NCBI GenBank assembly: GCA_963422635.1
Contig: OY730415.1
Span: forward strand, 1,139,343 to 1,203,342
Origin: Dehalococcoidia bacterium
GTDB taxonomy: Bacteria; Chloroflexota; Dehalococcoidia; Lucifugimonadales; UBA3495
DNA: 64,000 bases
Direction: 5' to 3'
Shown here: positions 18,273 through 27,399 of the stretch, piece by piece
Position numbering within the stretch: position 1 is the first letter of the stretch
Layout of the letters: each line of letters begins with the position of its first letter
Program-made: the position numbers and the translations under genes
The notes under the pieces: generated by a model
What the model saw: the letters and a program-made list of their open reading frames with translations, nothing else
Told to the model about the DNA's origin: nothing
The model's database searches: none

Positions 18273-18302
18273 TTAGCCTGGGTTGTATTAGCCTGGGTTG
18301 TA
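18273..18302. repeat. Tandem 15-bp direct repeat (TTAGCCTGGGTTGTA x2)
   Basis: Exact copies at 18273-18287 and 18288-18302, between the HNH gene and the 3' end of the MFS gene. AATTAAGTT is also duplicated nearby at 18253/18267. Confidence 0.9.
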
Positions 18303-18325
18303 GTGGAAGTGGGAGTGGAATTACT

Positions 18326-19729
18326 CTATCTCCCGGACAATGCCGCCGCCCCTGCCGGCGACGTTCCACCGCTGCGATACTCCTCCGGCAACGACTCCTC
18401 CCAGTCCGGCAACTGGCGGCGGGCTGTGCCGGGCAGCAGCAGAATGGATATGACCCCAACGGAACTGAAAAACAGGGAAGCGGCAATGGTGGCGGTGAAA
18501 CTGCCGGAAGCCACCACCGGCCAGGCGACTCCCTCGGTCAAATCCCGCAGCAGCCCCCCGATAGCGGCGCCAGAGGCCATGCCAATCCCGGCTCCCATCA
18601 TCTGCCAGCCATAGGTAGTCCCGATCGGGGCATTGCCGTAATACTGCCGGTTGATGATCGGGAAGGCGGTCATCTCCCCGCCGAACCCGATGCCGAACAG
18701 CGCCGCAAACAGATAGAACATCCAGGCGCTGTCGGCAAAGAAGAGCAGAAACACCGGCGCCACCTGCAAGAAAAAGCAGACGCCCATCACCCCCTTGCTG
18801 CCCAGGTGGTCGGCCAGAATTGGCACGCCGAACCGAGTCAGGGTGCTGGCTACCGAGAGAACCACGAAGATTCCAGCGGCCAACCCTGGCGCCACGCCCG
18901 CCTCCTCCGCCATCGCCACAATAAACACCATAACGATGGCGTGGCCGGCGCAGCCCCAGTAATGGATGCCGATAAGGTTCCAGAAGGCTGGCGTGCGCTG
19001 CGCCTGCCGCAAGAATACTTTGGCCCGAATACGCGCCGAGGGGCCGCCCTGCATCCGGCGCAACGGCTCATCCGCCGCCGCCCCCAGGGGACGGGCGCCA
19101 ATATCCGCCGGCTCGCTATAGAACAGCCGGCCCAGCAGTAACAATAGCGCCCCCCCGACAATGCCGGGGATCCAGAAAGCCGCCCGCAGCCCACTCTCGC
19201 CGCCGCCAAACAGGCCGATGATGAGTAGAATCAACGGCACCGCCACTATTGGCCCCAGCCCTTGGGACGCTTGCAGCGCCCCCATACCCACCCCCAAGCG
19301 CCGCTGGAACCACAAGGTAACCCCGGTGGTCAGCGGCACCTGAAAAATTCCCATTGATGCGCTGAGGATAACGCCAAAGTAGAGGTAGAATTGCCAGAGG
19401 TGATTAACGGTGCTCGTAAGCGTCATCCCGATAATAAACAGGGCTGCGCCCAGCGCCATCGTAACCCGGACGCCATACCGGTCCCCCAGCCAGCCCGCTG
19501 GCGGGCCGAACATCCCGGAAACCACCCATTGCAGGGCGAAAGCCCCGCCGACCATCCCGTAGCTCCAGCCGAAGGTCTCCACCAAGCGGGGAATCAGGAT
19601 GCTGGAAGAAGTGCGAAAACTGGAAGAACTGAGCCGCATCAACGCAGCTACCCCTACAATGACCCAAGCGTAGTGGATCGGGTGGTTTCCTACCGACAGT
19701 TGGGACGGTCTCAAGTTAAGATTGAGCAA
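18326..19729 (-). CDS. MFS transporter
   Basis: 467 aa, about 12 TM, with a central cytoplasmic loop. Typical MFS_1 architecture. Confidence 0.8.
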   Translation of the reverse strand: MLNLNLRPSQLSVGNHPIHYAWVIVGVAALMRLSSSSFRTSSSILIPRLVETFGWSYGMVGGAFALQWVVSGMFGPPAGWLGDRYGVRVTMALGAALFIIGMTLTSTVNHLWQFYLYFGVILSASMGIFQVPLTTGVTLWFQRRLGVGMGALQASQGLGPIVAVPLILLIIGLFGGGESGLRAAFWIPGIVGGALLLLLGRLFYSEPADIGARPLGAAADEPLRRMQGGPSARIRAKVFLRQAQRTPAFWNLIGIHYWGCAGHAIVMVFIVAMAEEAGVAPGLAAGIFVVLSVASTLTRFGVPILADHLGSKGVMGVCFFLQVAPVFLLFFADSAWMFYLFAALFGIGFGGEMTAFPIINRQYYGNAPIGTTYGWQMMGAGIGMASGAAIGGLLRDLTEGVAWPVVASGSFTATIAASLFFSSVGVISILLLPGTARRQLPDWEESLPEEYRSGGTSPAGAAALSGR

Positions 19730-19919
19730 TAGCCCTCCTGTTTCCAGTCTCCGCCGAGATGCCCCTTATCGTGCTGGCAAATCGTCAATCTGTCAAGATT
19801 GACCGCTTTCGTCGGAAGGACGGTATAAGCCGGGCCCAGCCAAAATTGCCCGGCGGAGTTCGCCTTTCGAGACGCCGGGGGCGTTTGGGACGCTTTTGCC
19901 ATCGCCCGGCGCCTCCCAC

Positions 19920-19972
19920 CCTATTGACTTGACACGCTGGCCTATTGACACGCTGGATGACCCTTCTCTAAT
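19920..19972 (+). promoter_or_regulatory. Tandem 16-bp operator-like direct repeats overlapping a sigma70-like promoter
   Basis: CCTATTGAC(TTGAC)ACGCTGG is at 19920-19940 and CCTATTGACACGCTGG at 19941-19956. TTGACA (19945-19950), 16 nt spacer, TCTAAT (19967-19972). Confidence 0.45.
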
Positions 19973-20388
19973 CTAAAAATGTGCATGCACGCCAACCCCT
20001 GGCCCGGGTTAACGGTATTCCCTTTCCCCCAGGCGCGGATAAGTCCCCCTTCGAAGGAGGCCGCCCTTTTCAGGCCCTTAAGAGCCATCCGGTAACGAAC
20101 CGGAAATCTTAAAGCGCGGAACTAATCACGGAACCAATAGGGAACCAATAATTAAGCGAGGTATCCAACCATGCGTGGCCCCGGGCTGATGGCGTTAAGC
20201 GGCGGCCCGGGTCGGTTACCCGGTCAAGAAGCTGGCGAAAAGCGGTTTGACGGACGGGATAAGGTCGGGGGTTTGCCTACCCGACCCCAAGACGCACCTC
20301 GCCGGCCAGTACCCTGCGGGTCGGACGCTATGGCCTGGCAACCCATCAGCGGCTCGGCTCTGCCCCGGGAAATCATCCTCGCGAGAAA

Positions 20389-20418
20389 GGGCGGGGCGCG
20401 CTAACCTGCGCCCCGCCC
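20389..20418. other. Perfect 11-bp all-GC-rich hairpin (GGGCGGGGCGC-loop-GCGCCCCGCCC)
   Basis: Seen directly in the sequence, with an 8-nt loop. There is no clear U-tract on the + strand, so its role as a terminator or RNA 3' end is uncertain. Confidence 0.4.
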
Positions 20419-20657
20419 CCTACCTCCCCCCCTTTCCGCTCAACTTCCGGCCCCCAACCTTTGGCCTCCCAACCGGCCTGAGCCAGGCCCCTTCGCCGCC
20501 GCCGGGTATCGGCGGACGGCCCCGGCCTGAACCGCAACCCCGCCATACCGCCCTTTGCCCATTTGTCATATAATAGGTGAATAACCGGCCGACCGTTCCG
20601 TTGAACGACTGACGGTTTGACGCTTTCGGCGCAACCCGGCGTAATTGGAGGGATAAC

Positions 20658-23291
20658 TTGGCGCGCGAGGCCGAAAAAAGCCGAGAAACAACTACACCCC
20701 AGGAAATAACCCTGCCCATCGAAGGTATGACCTGCGTCGCCTGCGTAACGCACGTCGAACGCGCCCTGCGAGAGGCTCCGGGAGTGCTCTCCGCATCGGT
20801 GAACCTCGGCGCCGAGCGGGCGGCGGTGCAACTAGCCCCCGGCGAGGTTCACCCGGAGCGATTGCTGCCGCAACTGCAACGGGCGGTCAGCGACGCCGGC
20901 TACCGCATTGCTACCGCCCAAACTACCCTCAATGTGGGCGGAATGACCTGTACCGCTTGCGTCAGCCACGTAGAGAAGGCCCTCAAGGACCTTCCCGGCG
21001 TGGTAGCCGCCGCGGTCAACCTGGCTGCGGAGAGAGCCACCGTAAGCTATGTGCCGGGTCTGGTCGGCCTAGCCGACTTCCGCCGGGCCGTGGCGGATTA
21101 CGGCTACCGGGTGGACGGGGCGGACGGCGCAGACCGGGATTCGGCGGCGGAACTGGAACGCCTGTCCCGCGCCGGAGAAATCCGCTACTTCCGAAACCGC
21201 TGCATCTTTGCCCTAACCGTCGGCATCCTGCTGCTGCTGGGTTCAATGCACGCTCTGCCCTGGACGCCGGCCCTGCTGCGGCTGGAATACCAGTCCTTCT
21301 TAATCTGGCCCTGGCTGCTCTGGGCCTTGGCGACGCCGGTGCAGTTCTGGGCCGGCTGGCCCTTTTACGCCTCCGGCCTGGCCGCCCTCCGGCACGGTTC
21401 CGCCAATATGCACACCTTGGTAGCCCTGGGGTCGTCGGTAGCCTATGGCTACAGCGCGGCGATAACCATTTTAGGCGCGCTGGCCCCGCAAGGGTTGACC
21501 GGCAGCAACATCGGAACCGGGGTATATTTTGACACGGCGGCGCTCATCATCGCCCTGATCCTGCTGGGGCGCTTTCTGGAGGCCCGCGCCCGGGGCCGAA
21601 CCTCCGCGGCCATCCGGCGCTTAATCGGCCTCCAACCCAACACGGCGCGGGTTATTCGGGACGGGCGGGAAGTCGAAGTTCCGGTGTCGGAGGTGGCGGT
21701 CGGCGATGTGGCCCTGGTGCGGCCCGGCGAGAAAATCCCGGTAGATGGGGAGGTAATTGAGGGAACCTCGACCGTGGACGAGGCGATGCTTACCGGCGAA
21801 AGTATGCCGGTAGATAAGGAGCCGGGTCAGCCGGTATATGGCGCCACCCTGAACCGTACCGGCTTCTTCCGGCTTCGGGCCACCCGGGTCGGTCAGAATA
21901 CTGCGCTGGCCCAAATCATTCGACTGGTGGAGGAAGCGCAAGGTTCTAAAGCGCCCATTCAGCGGCTGGCCGACCAAGTAGCCGCCGTCTTTGTGCCGGC
22001 GGTCGGCGGGGTCGCCTTGGCCGCTTTTGTCTTCTGGCTGTTGCTGGGGCCGGAACCGGCGTTGACTTATGCCGTCCTCACCCTGGTGGCGGTGCTGATT
22101 ATCGCTTGCCCCTGCGCCCTGGGCCTGGCTACGCCCACCGCCATTATCGTGGGAACCGGCTTGGGAGCGGAACGGGGCGTCCTCATCCGCAGCGCTCAGG
22201 CTCTGGAAATGGCCCACCGGGTAACTACCGTCGTCCTGGACAAGACCGGCACCCTGACCGAGGGTCGCCCGGTGGTTACCGACGTGATTCCGGCGCCCGG
22301 CGTGATTCCGGCGCCCGGCCCCGACCGGAACCCGAACCCGGAAGGGGCGTCTGCCGCTGCTGCCGTCGAGGAGCTGCTGCGCCTGGCCGCCACCGCGGAG
22401 CAAGGCTCCGAACATCCCCTGGCCCAGGCCCTGGTTCGGGAGGCCGGGGAACGGGGTATAGTTCTGGGCCGGGTCGCCAACTTTCAAGCGCTGCCGGGGC
22501 AGGGAGTAACCGCCGAAGTGGACGGCCGCCCGGTTTTGCTGGGCAACCTTTCCCTGATGCAGTCCCGGGGAGTCCCCTTGGGGCGCTTGGCCGAAACGGT
22601 GGAAGGGCTGGGGGATGCCGGCAAGACGCCGGTAATTCTGGCGCAGGATGACGCTTCTCCGGGAGTGGTGGGAGTAATTGGCGTAGCGGACACTGTTAAG
22701 TCCTCCTCGCGGTCAGGCGTGGCCGAGTTGCAGCGGATGGGGCTGGAGGTGGTGATGCTCACTGGCGACAACCGCCGCGCCGCCCGGCATATCGCCGACC
22801 GGCTGGGCATTGCGCTGGTGGAGGCGGAGGCTCGGCCCCCAGACAAGGTGGCGGTAATCCGGCGGCTTCAGGCCGAGGGAAAGACGGTGGCGATGGTGGG
22901 CGACGGCATCAACGATGCGCCGGCCCTGGCGCAGGCCGACGTGGGCCTGGCGATGGGCGCCGGAACCGACGTGGCGCTGGAATCGGCGGACATTACCTTG
23001 ATGGGCAGCGACGTTGACGGCGTCATTACCGCCCTGAACCTGAGCCGCCAGACCCTGCGGGCGATCAAGCAAAACCTGTTCTGGGCCTTCTTCTACAACG
23101 TCTTGCTGATTCCGGTGGCGGCTGGCGTCTTATACCCGGTATTCGCCGCGCTGGGCGGCGTGCCGGCTGGGCTGGGGTTTTTCTTTGGCGAGCAGGGATT
23201 CCTGAACCCGGCGCTGGCGGCCCTGGCCATGGCCTTCAGTTCGGTAACGGTAGTAACCAATTCCCTGCGGCTGCGGCAATCCGGGGGGTAG
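20658..23291 (+). CDS. copA: Copper-translocating P1B-type ATPase
   Basis: Two HMA domains ([16 protein letters not shown]), the CPC TM motif, DKTGTLT, TGDN and [17 protein letters not shown] and a TTG start. Confidence 0.95.
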   Translation: MAREAEKSRETTTPQEITLPIEGMTCVACVTHVERALREAPGVLSASVNLGAERAAVQLAPGEVHPERLLPQLQRAVSDAGYRIATAQTTLNVGGMTCTACVSHVEKALKDLPGVVAAAVNLAAERATVSYVPGLVGLADFRRAVADYGYRVDGADGADRDSAAELERLSRAGEIRYFRNRCIFALTVGILLLLGSMHALPWTPALLRLEYQSFLIWPWLLWALATPVQFWAGWPFYASGLAALRHGSANMHTLVALGSSVAYGYSAAITILGALAPQGLTGSNIGTGVYFDTAALIIALILLGRFLEARARGRTSAAIRRLIGLQPNTARVIRDGREVEVPVSEVAVGDVALVRPGEKIPVDGEVIEGTSTVDEAMLTGESMPVDKEPGQPVYGATLNRTGFFRLRATRVGQNTALAQIIRLVEEAQGSKAPIQRLADQVAAVFVPAVGGVALAAFVFWLLLGPEPALTYAVLTLVAVLIIACPCALGLATPTAIIVGTGLGAERGVLIRSAQALEMAHRVTTVVLDKTGTLTEGRPVVTDVIPAPGVIPAPGPDRNPNPEGASAAAAVEELLRLAATAEQGSEHPLAQALVREAGERGIVLGRVANFQALPGQGVTAEVDGRPVLLGNLSLMQSRGVPLGRLAETVEGLGDAGKTPVILAQDDASPGVVGVIGVADTVKSSSRSGVAELQRMGLEVVMLTGDNRRAARHIADRLGIALVEAEARPPDKVAVIRRLQAEGKTVAMVGDGINDAPALAQADVGLAMGAGTDVALESADITLMGSDVDGVITALNLSRQTLRAIKQNLFWAFFYNVLLIPVAAGVLYPVFAALGGVPAGLGFFFGEQGFLNPALAALAMAFSSVTVVTNSLRLRQSGG
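22284..22319 (+). repeat. In-frame 18-bp tandem duplication inside copA (VIPAPG x2)
   Basis: GTGATTCCGGCGCCCGGC occurs exactly twice, 14 codons after DKTGT. The sequence resembles the intergenic REP-like motif GTCATTCCGGCGCTGGCC. Confidence 0.9.
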
Positions 23292-23333
23292 CGGAAGGGC
23301 GTATTTTCCGCATGTTTCAGGTGGTCGCCCATC

Positions 23334-23555
23334 CTAACTTCTACCTCTGAAGGACTTGACCATCCAAAATATGTTGCACAGGGCAATTAGTCCGGCCCCA
23401 ATCCAGAGGGCAGTTCCGGCGGTGGGGCCGCTTAAAGTTACCCCGGCTAAGGTAACCTCTTCCCACGCCAAGCCCACACCCAAGCCGAAAATGAAGACCG
23501 CAAAGGCAATCACAAATATGGCCGCGTGAACGACTATTTTCAGAACCGTACTCAT
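23334..23555 (-). CDS. Small two-TM membrane protein
   Basis: 73 aa with two clear hydrophobic helices. A GGGGGAAG RBS lies 4 nt before the ATG. Confidence 0.6.
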   Translation of the reverse strand: MSTVLKIVVHAAIFVIAFAVFIFGLGVGLAWEEVTLAGVTLSGPTAGTALWIGAGLIALCNIFWMVKSFRGRS

Positions 23556-23629
23556 AACTTCCCCCTAATTTGCCGTCTCTTTATTGCAAATATCGGAGTA
23601 ATTAAAATGAAAAGCGATGAAGCGCCAAC

Positions 23630-26290
23630 CTAAACGTTGGCTCCGCAGCAGCGCTTGTATTTCTTGCCGCTGTTGCAGGGGCAGGGGGCGTTGCGGCCAA
23701 TCTTGACCCCGGCGAAGCCGGCTGGGCGTCCGCTGCCGATGACCTTTCGCATGGGGCTGGCCGGGGCCGGGGCGGCGGCGCGTCCTCGGTTGGTTCCATT
23801 GGTTCCATTGGTATCATTGGTATCATTGGTTCCGCTAGCTGGCGGCGAAGCTACTGTAACGTGGAACAGAGAATGCACCACATCCTGTTGCATCCGGTGG
23901 AGCAGTTCTTGAAAGGTTTTGTGGCCCTCGGTGCGGTACATCACCAGGGGGTCGCGCTGGCCGTAGGCGTGGAGGCCGATGCCGGTGCGCAGGTTTTCCA
24001 TCGTGGTCAGGTGGTTGACCCAGTGCAAGTCAATGGCTCGAAGCAGCAGCAGCCGTTCCAGCGTCCGCATCTGCTCCGAGCCTAGCTCGGTCTCCCGGTC
24101 GGCGTAAACCGTTTCGGCGTAGTCCGGGAGCTTCCGGGCGATCTCTTCGTACTTCCAGCGGTAAACCTGCGCCTCGTCGGACAGGTCTGGCGGCGGCGGG
24201 CAGACCAGGGCTAAATCGGAGACGAATCCGGTGGCGTCCCAGTTGTCGGCGTGGCGGTCGGGCAGATGTTTGCGCATCAGGTCGTCGAACTCCTGGCGCA
24301 ACATCTCGATAATCTTTTCGCGCAGGTTGTCGCCGTTCAGGATACGCTCCCGGTCGGCGTAGATAATCTCTCGCTGGGTATTTAGCACGTCGTCAAAGTT
24401 CAGCAGGTGCTTGCGGATGTCGAAGTGGTAGCCTTCGACCTTGATTTGAGCGCTGCTGATGGACTTGGTAATCAACTTGTTCTCAATGGGTTGGTCTTCG
24501 TCCAGCCCGGTCCAGCCCATCACCGACTTGATGCGGTCGCCGCCGAAGCGTTGCATCAAGTCGTCTTCCAGGGCCACGTAGAACTGGGAGCTGCCCGGGT
24601 CTCCCTGGCGGCCGGAGCGGCCGCGGAGCTGGTTGTCGATTCGCCGGGCGTCGTGGTGTTCGGTACCGATGACGTGCAGGCCGCCGAGGTTGACGACTTG
24701 GGCGTGCTCGGCGGCCCAGCCTGGGGCGTCGGCGCTGCTGCCGCCAAGGACGATGTCGGTGCCGCGCCCGGCCATGTTGGTGGAGACGGTAACTGCGCCC
24801 AACCGCCCGGCTTGGGCCACTATGGCGGCTTCGTGCTGGTGGTTCTTGGCGTTCAGAACCTGGTGCGGGACGCCGCGTCGCTTCAGTTTCTCGCTCAGTT
24901 CTTCGGAGGTTTCCACGGAGGCGGCGCCAACCAGGAGGGGCCGGCCGGTTTGGTGAATCTTAACGATGTCCGCTACCACCGACTCCCATTTGGCTGAGGC
25001 GGTCTGAAAGACCAGGTCGGGCGCATCTTCTCGCATCATCGGCGCGTTGGTGGGTATTACCGACACCTCCAGCCCATAAATCTTGTAAAACTCGTCGGCC
25101 TCGGTGGCCGCCGTACCGGTCATGCCGGCCAGCTTCCGGTACATCCGGAAGTAGTTTTGCAGGGTAATGGTGGCGTAGGTAACGCTTTCCCGCTGGATTT
25201 TCAGCCCTTCCTTGGCTTCGACCGCTTGGTGCAGTCCGTCGGACCAGCGGCGTCCGAACTGGAGCCGCCCGGTGAATTCGTCAACGATGACGACTTCTCC
25301 GTCCCGGATTACGTAGTCTTTATCCCGGTTTTTTTGGACATAAGCGGTAAGGGCGTTCTCGATGTAATGAACCAGGTGATAGTTATCCGGGTCGTATAAA
25401 TTGTTAACTTTGGTCCACCGCTCCATCTTCCCGATGCCCTCCTGGCTCAGGGAGATGGCTTGGGTTCGTTCGTCGATGGAATAGTCTTCGGCCGGGTTCA
25501 GGCGAGGCACCAGCTTGGCGAAGGTGTAGTAGTGCTGTACCGGCTCTTCCGCTGGCCCGCTGATTATCAGGGGGGTGCGCGCCTCGTCAATCAGGATGTT
25601 GTCCACCTCGTCAACGATGGCGTAGTTGCGCTCTCGCTGCACCCGTTGAGCGGGTTCGATCGCCATGTTATCTCGCAGGTAGTCAAAGCCGAACTCGTTA
25701 TTGGTGCCATAGAGAACGTCGGACTGATAGGCTTCGGCCCGGCTGACCTGGCGCAGGAGCTTCATTCCGTTGGGAGCTTCGGCGACTTCCGGGTCGTACC
25801 GGAAAGCGGAGTCGTGCTGGAGGCAGCCGACGGTCAGCCCCAGGTTATGGTAGATGGGGCCCATCCATACCGGGTCGCGGCGGGCGAGGTAGTCGTTGAC
25901 CGTTACGACGTGGACGCCCTGGCCGGTCAGGGCGTTCAGATAGACGGGCAAGGTAGCGACCAGGGTTTTGCCTTCGCCGGTTTTCATTTCGGCAATCTGG
26001 CCGCGGTGCAGCGCCACGCCGCCGATAAGCTGCACATCGTAATGGCGCTGTCCCAGGCGGCGGCGGGCTACTTCTCGGACCACGGCGAAGGCTTCGGGGA
26101 GTAGGTCGTCGGTAGTTTCGCCGCGGGTCAGCCGGTCGCGAAACTGGTCGGTCATAGCGCTCAACTGGGCGTCGGACTGACCCTGCATTTTGCCTTCGAG
26201 GGCGTTAATGGCCGGGGGGATGGTCTGAGCGATTTTGCCTACCGCCTTTTCGTTGGGGTCGCCGATAAATTTACGGAGCAAGGTAACCAT
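23630..26290 (-). CDS. secA: Preprotein translocase ATPase SecA
   Basis: 886 aa with MKTGEGKTLV, DEVDNILIDEARTPLIISG and a C-terminal CPCNSGKKYKRCCG zinc finger. Confidence 0.97.
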   Translation of the reverse strand: MVTLLRKFIGDPNEKAVGKIAQTIPPAINALEGKMQGQSDAQLSAMTDQFRDRLTRGETTDDLLPEAFAVVREVARRRLGQRHYDVQLIGGVALHRGQIAEMKTGEGKTLVATLPVYLNALTGQGVHVVTVNDYLARRDPVWMGPIYHNLGLTVGCLQHDSAFRYDPEVAEAPNGMKLLRQVSRAEAYQSDVLYGTNNEFGFDYLRDNMAIEPAQRVQRERNYAIVDEVDNILIDEARTPLIISGPAEEPVQHYYTFAKLVPRLNPAEDYSIDERTQAISLSQEGIGKMERWTKVNNLYDPDNYHLVHYIENALTAYVQKNRDKDYVIRDGEVVIVDEFTGRLQFGRRWSDGLHQAVEAKEGLKIQRESVTYATITLQNYFRMYRKLAGMTGTAATEADEFYKIYGLEVSVIPTNAPMMREDAPDLVFQTASAKWESVVADIVKIHQTGRPLLVGAASVETSEELSEKLKRRGVPHQVLNAKNHQHEAAIVAQAGRLGAVTVSTNMAGRGTDIVLGGSSADAPGWAAEHAQVVNLGGLHVIGTEHHDARRIDNQLRGRSGRQGDPGSSQFYVALEDDLMQRFGGDRIKSVMGWTGLDEDQPIENKLITKSISSAQIKVEGYHFDIRKHLLNFDDVLNTQREIIYADRERILNGDNLREKIIEMLRQEFDDLMRKHLPDRHADNWDATGFVSDLALVCPPPPDLSDEAQVYRWKYEEIARKLPDYAETVYADRETELGSEQMRTLERLLLLRAIDLHWVNHLTTMENLRTGIGLHAYGQRDPLVMYRTEGHKTFQELLHRMQQDVVHSLFHVTVASPPASGTNDTNDTNGTNGTNRGRAAAPAPASPMRKVIGSGRPAGFAGVKIGRNAPCPCNSGKKYKRCCGANV
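23792..23833 (-). repeat. 9-nt coding tandem repeat in the secA C-terminal linker (TND/TNG units)
   Basis: GGTTCCATT x2, GGTATCATT x2 and GGTTCC encode GTNDTNDTNGTNGTN on the minus strand. Confidence 0.9.
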
Positions 26291-26511
26291 GTGCAGGCAC
26301 CACCTTCAGGGAGTAGGCTCGGCCAGAGGCGGAGCCGGGTTTATGCGATGATTAACGGGGCTGGATTAACGGGTCCGGAGTTGTTCCGGGCGACCTGATT
26401 TGCGCTTTTTTGCGCTTTTTATTGTACCCGAATGACCGGAGAGTTGCACCTTGCCGCCGGGCGCGCTTCCCCTGCATCCGGAATTTCTTCCGGTCGGGGG
26501 ATTTAGCGGCT

Positions 26512-26542
26512 CAAAAAATGGCCCCCGGAAACTCCGGGGGCC
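26512..26542 (-). terminator. Intrinsic terminator of the 62-aa gene
   Basis: 10-bp stem GGCCCCCGGA/TCCGGGGGCC (26520-26542) followed on the minus strand by ATTTTTTG. Confidence 0.75.
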
Positions 26543-26597
26543 GGATAGGTTGCGGGGTTCGGCCGGGGCACCGAAGCGCCGGGAGGGGGAAGGCGAG

Positions 26598-26786
26598 CTA
26601 CTGGTGGTAGCGGTAATACCGAACTCCCGCAAAGGGCATCGAGTAGGTCCAGGAAGCGGTTTCCGGGGGCGGCTTCTGCGTCGGTTTCGCGGCAGCTTCG
26701 ATTATTTCGTCCACCTGCCGGTTTACTTGGTCGATTAGCTCCCGGCGGGGATTTTCTACTTTTTGTCGCGGCCCAAGAGTTACCAT
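26598..26786 (-). CDS. Small protein (62 aa), unknown family
   Basis: AGGAGGTG RBS 5 nt before the ATG, with its own consensus promoter and terminator. MVTLGPRQKVENPRRELIDQVNRQVDEIIEAAAKPTQKPPPETASWTYSMPFAGVRYYRYHQ. Confidence 0.65.
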   Translation of the reverse strand: MVTLGPRQKVENPRRELIDQVNRQVDEIIEAAAKPTQKPPPETASWTYSMPFAGVRYYRYHQ

Positions 26787-26850
26787 GATTGCACCTCCTA
26801 TTCGACGAACAAAGGTAGAGTTTGCGGAGTTGCCGTAGGGTTTGAATTGC

Positions 26851-26889
26851 TGTGTATGAAATTATACACATTGATATATACTGTGTCAA
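26851..26889 (-). promoter_or_regulatory. Consensus sigma70 promoter with overlapping operator-like palindrome
   Basis: On the minus strand: TTGACA (26889-26884), 17 nt spacer, TATAAT (26866-26861), preceded by TG. The inverted repeat TGTGTAT-N6-ATACACA (26851-26870) overlaps the -10/+1 region. Confidence 0.75.
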
Positions 26890-27024
26890 GAGTGCTCATA
26901 CGATATGCTGGATGTTAGTGAAGGTCGGTGCGCTCAACAGCGGCGGTTTGGCACTGGGGATGCCCGGCGTCAATGGAGTCGATAGTGAGAGGTGGCCGGC
27001 GGCGGGATAGTTTAAGCAGGGCGT

Positions 27025-27088
27025 TGACCGCCAGCTAAAGAGAAGCTCCCCCCGGTTAACCGGGGGGAGCTTCTCTTTAGCTGGCGGT
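27025..27088. terminator. Perfect 64-bp palindrome; core is an A-tract/hairpin/T-tract bidirectional intrinsic terminator
   Basis: GACCGCCAGCTAAAGAGAAGCTCCCCCCGGTT|AACCGGGGGGAGCTTCTCTTTAGCTGGCGGTC. The inner stem GCTCCCCCCGG/CCGGGGGGAGC is flanked by CTAAAGAGAA and TTCTCTTTAG. Confidence 0.7.
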
Positions 27089-27148
27089 CTTGACTGGGTA
27101 GTGGGCGAGGCGGTCAGTCCCGGCTTTTTTGCCCGGTTCCGCCAGACT

Positions 27149-27340
27149 TTAGTGGAAAATGTTGGGGCTGCCCAACTCCAGTTCCAACCGGTGGGCTTGC
27201 TCCAGTTCCCGTTGGAGCCGCTGCCGTTGGGACATAGCCGGCCCGGAGACCCAGGCGTAGGCGATGACGATTTCCCGGGCGACCCGTTCCAGGATGCTGG
27301 TAGCTTCGGTATTGGGTTCGATGGTGTTCGGGGTAGTCAT
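27149..27340 (-). CDS. Small protein (63 aa), paralog of 27400-27579
   Basis: AGGAG RBS. ...ILERVAREIVIAYAWVSGPAMSQRQRLQRELEQAH... aligns without gaps to the upstream small ORF. Confidence 0.6.
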   Translation of the reverse strand: MTTPNTIEPNTEATSILERVAREIVIAYAWVSGPAMSQRQRLQRELEQAHRLELELGSPNIFH

Positions 27341-27399
27341 TGTTTTTTACTCCTATATTTATTTCTTTTCTTTCTGGGGCTTACTGGTTTCGTTGAGGG

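Noticed and set aside
20171-20404. 77-aa ORF with a plausible RBS in the copA upstream region.
   Set aside because: The product is Gly/Pro/Arg-rich without a hydrophobic core. The region is better explained as non-coding or structured RNA.
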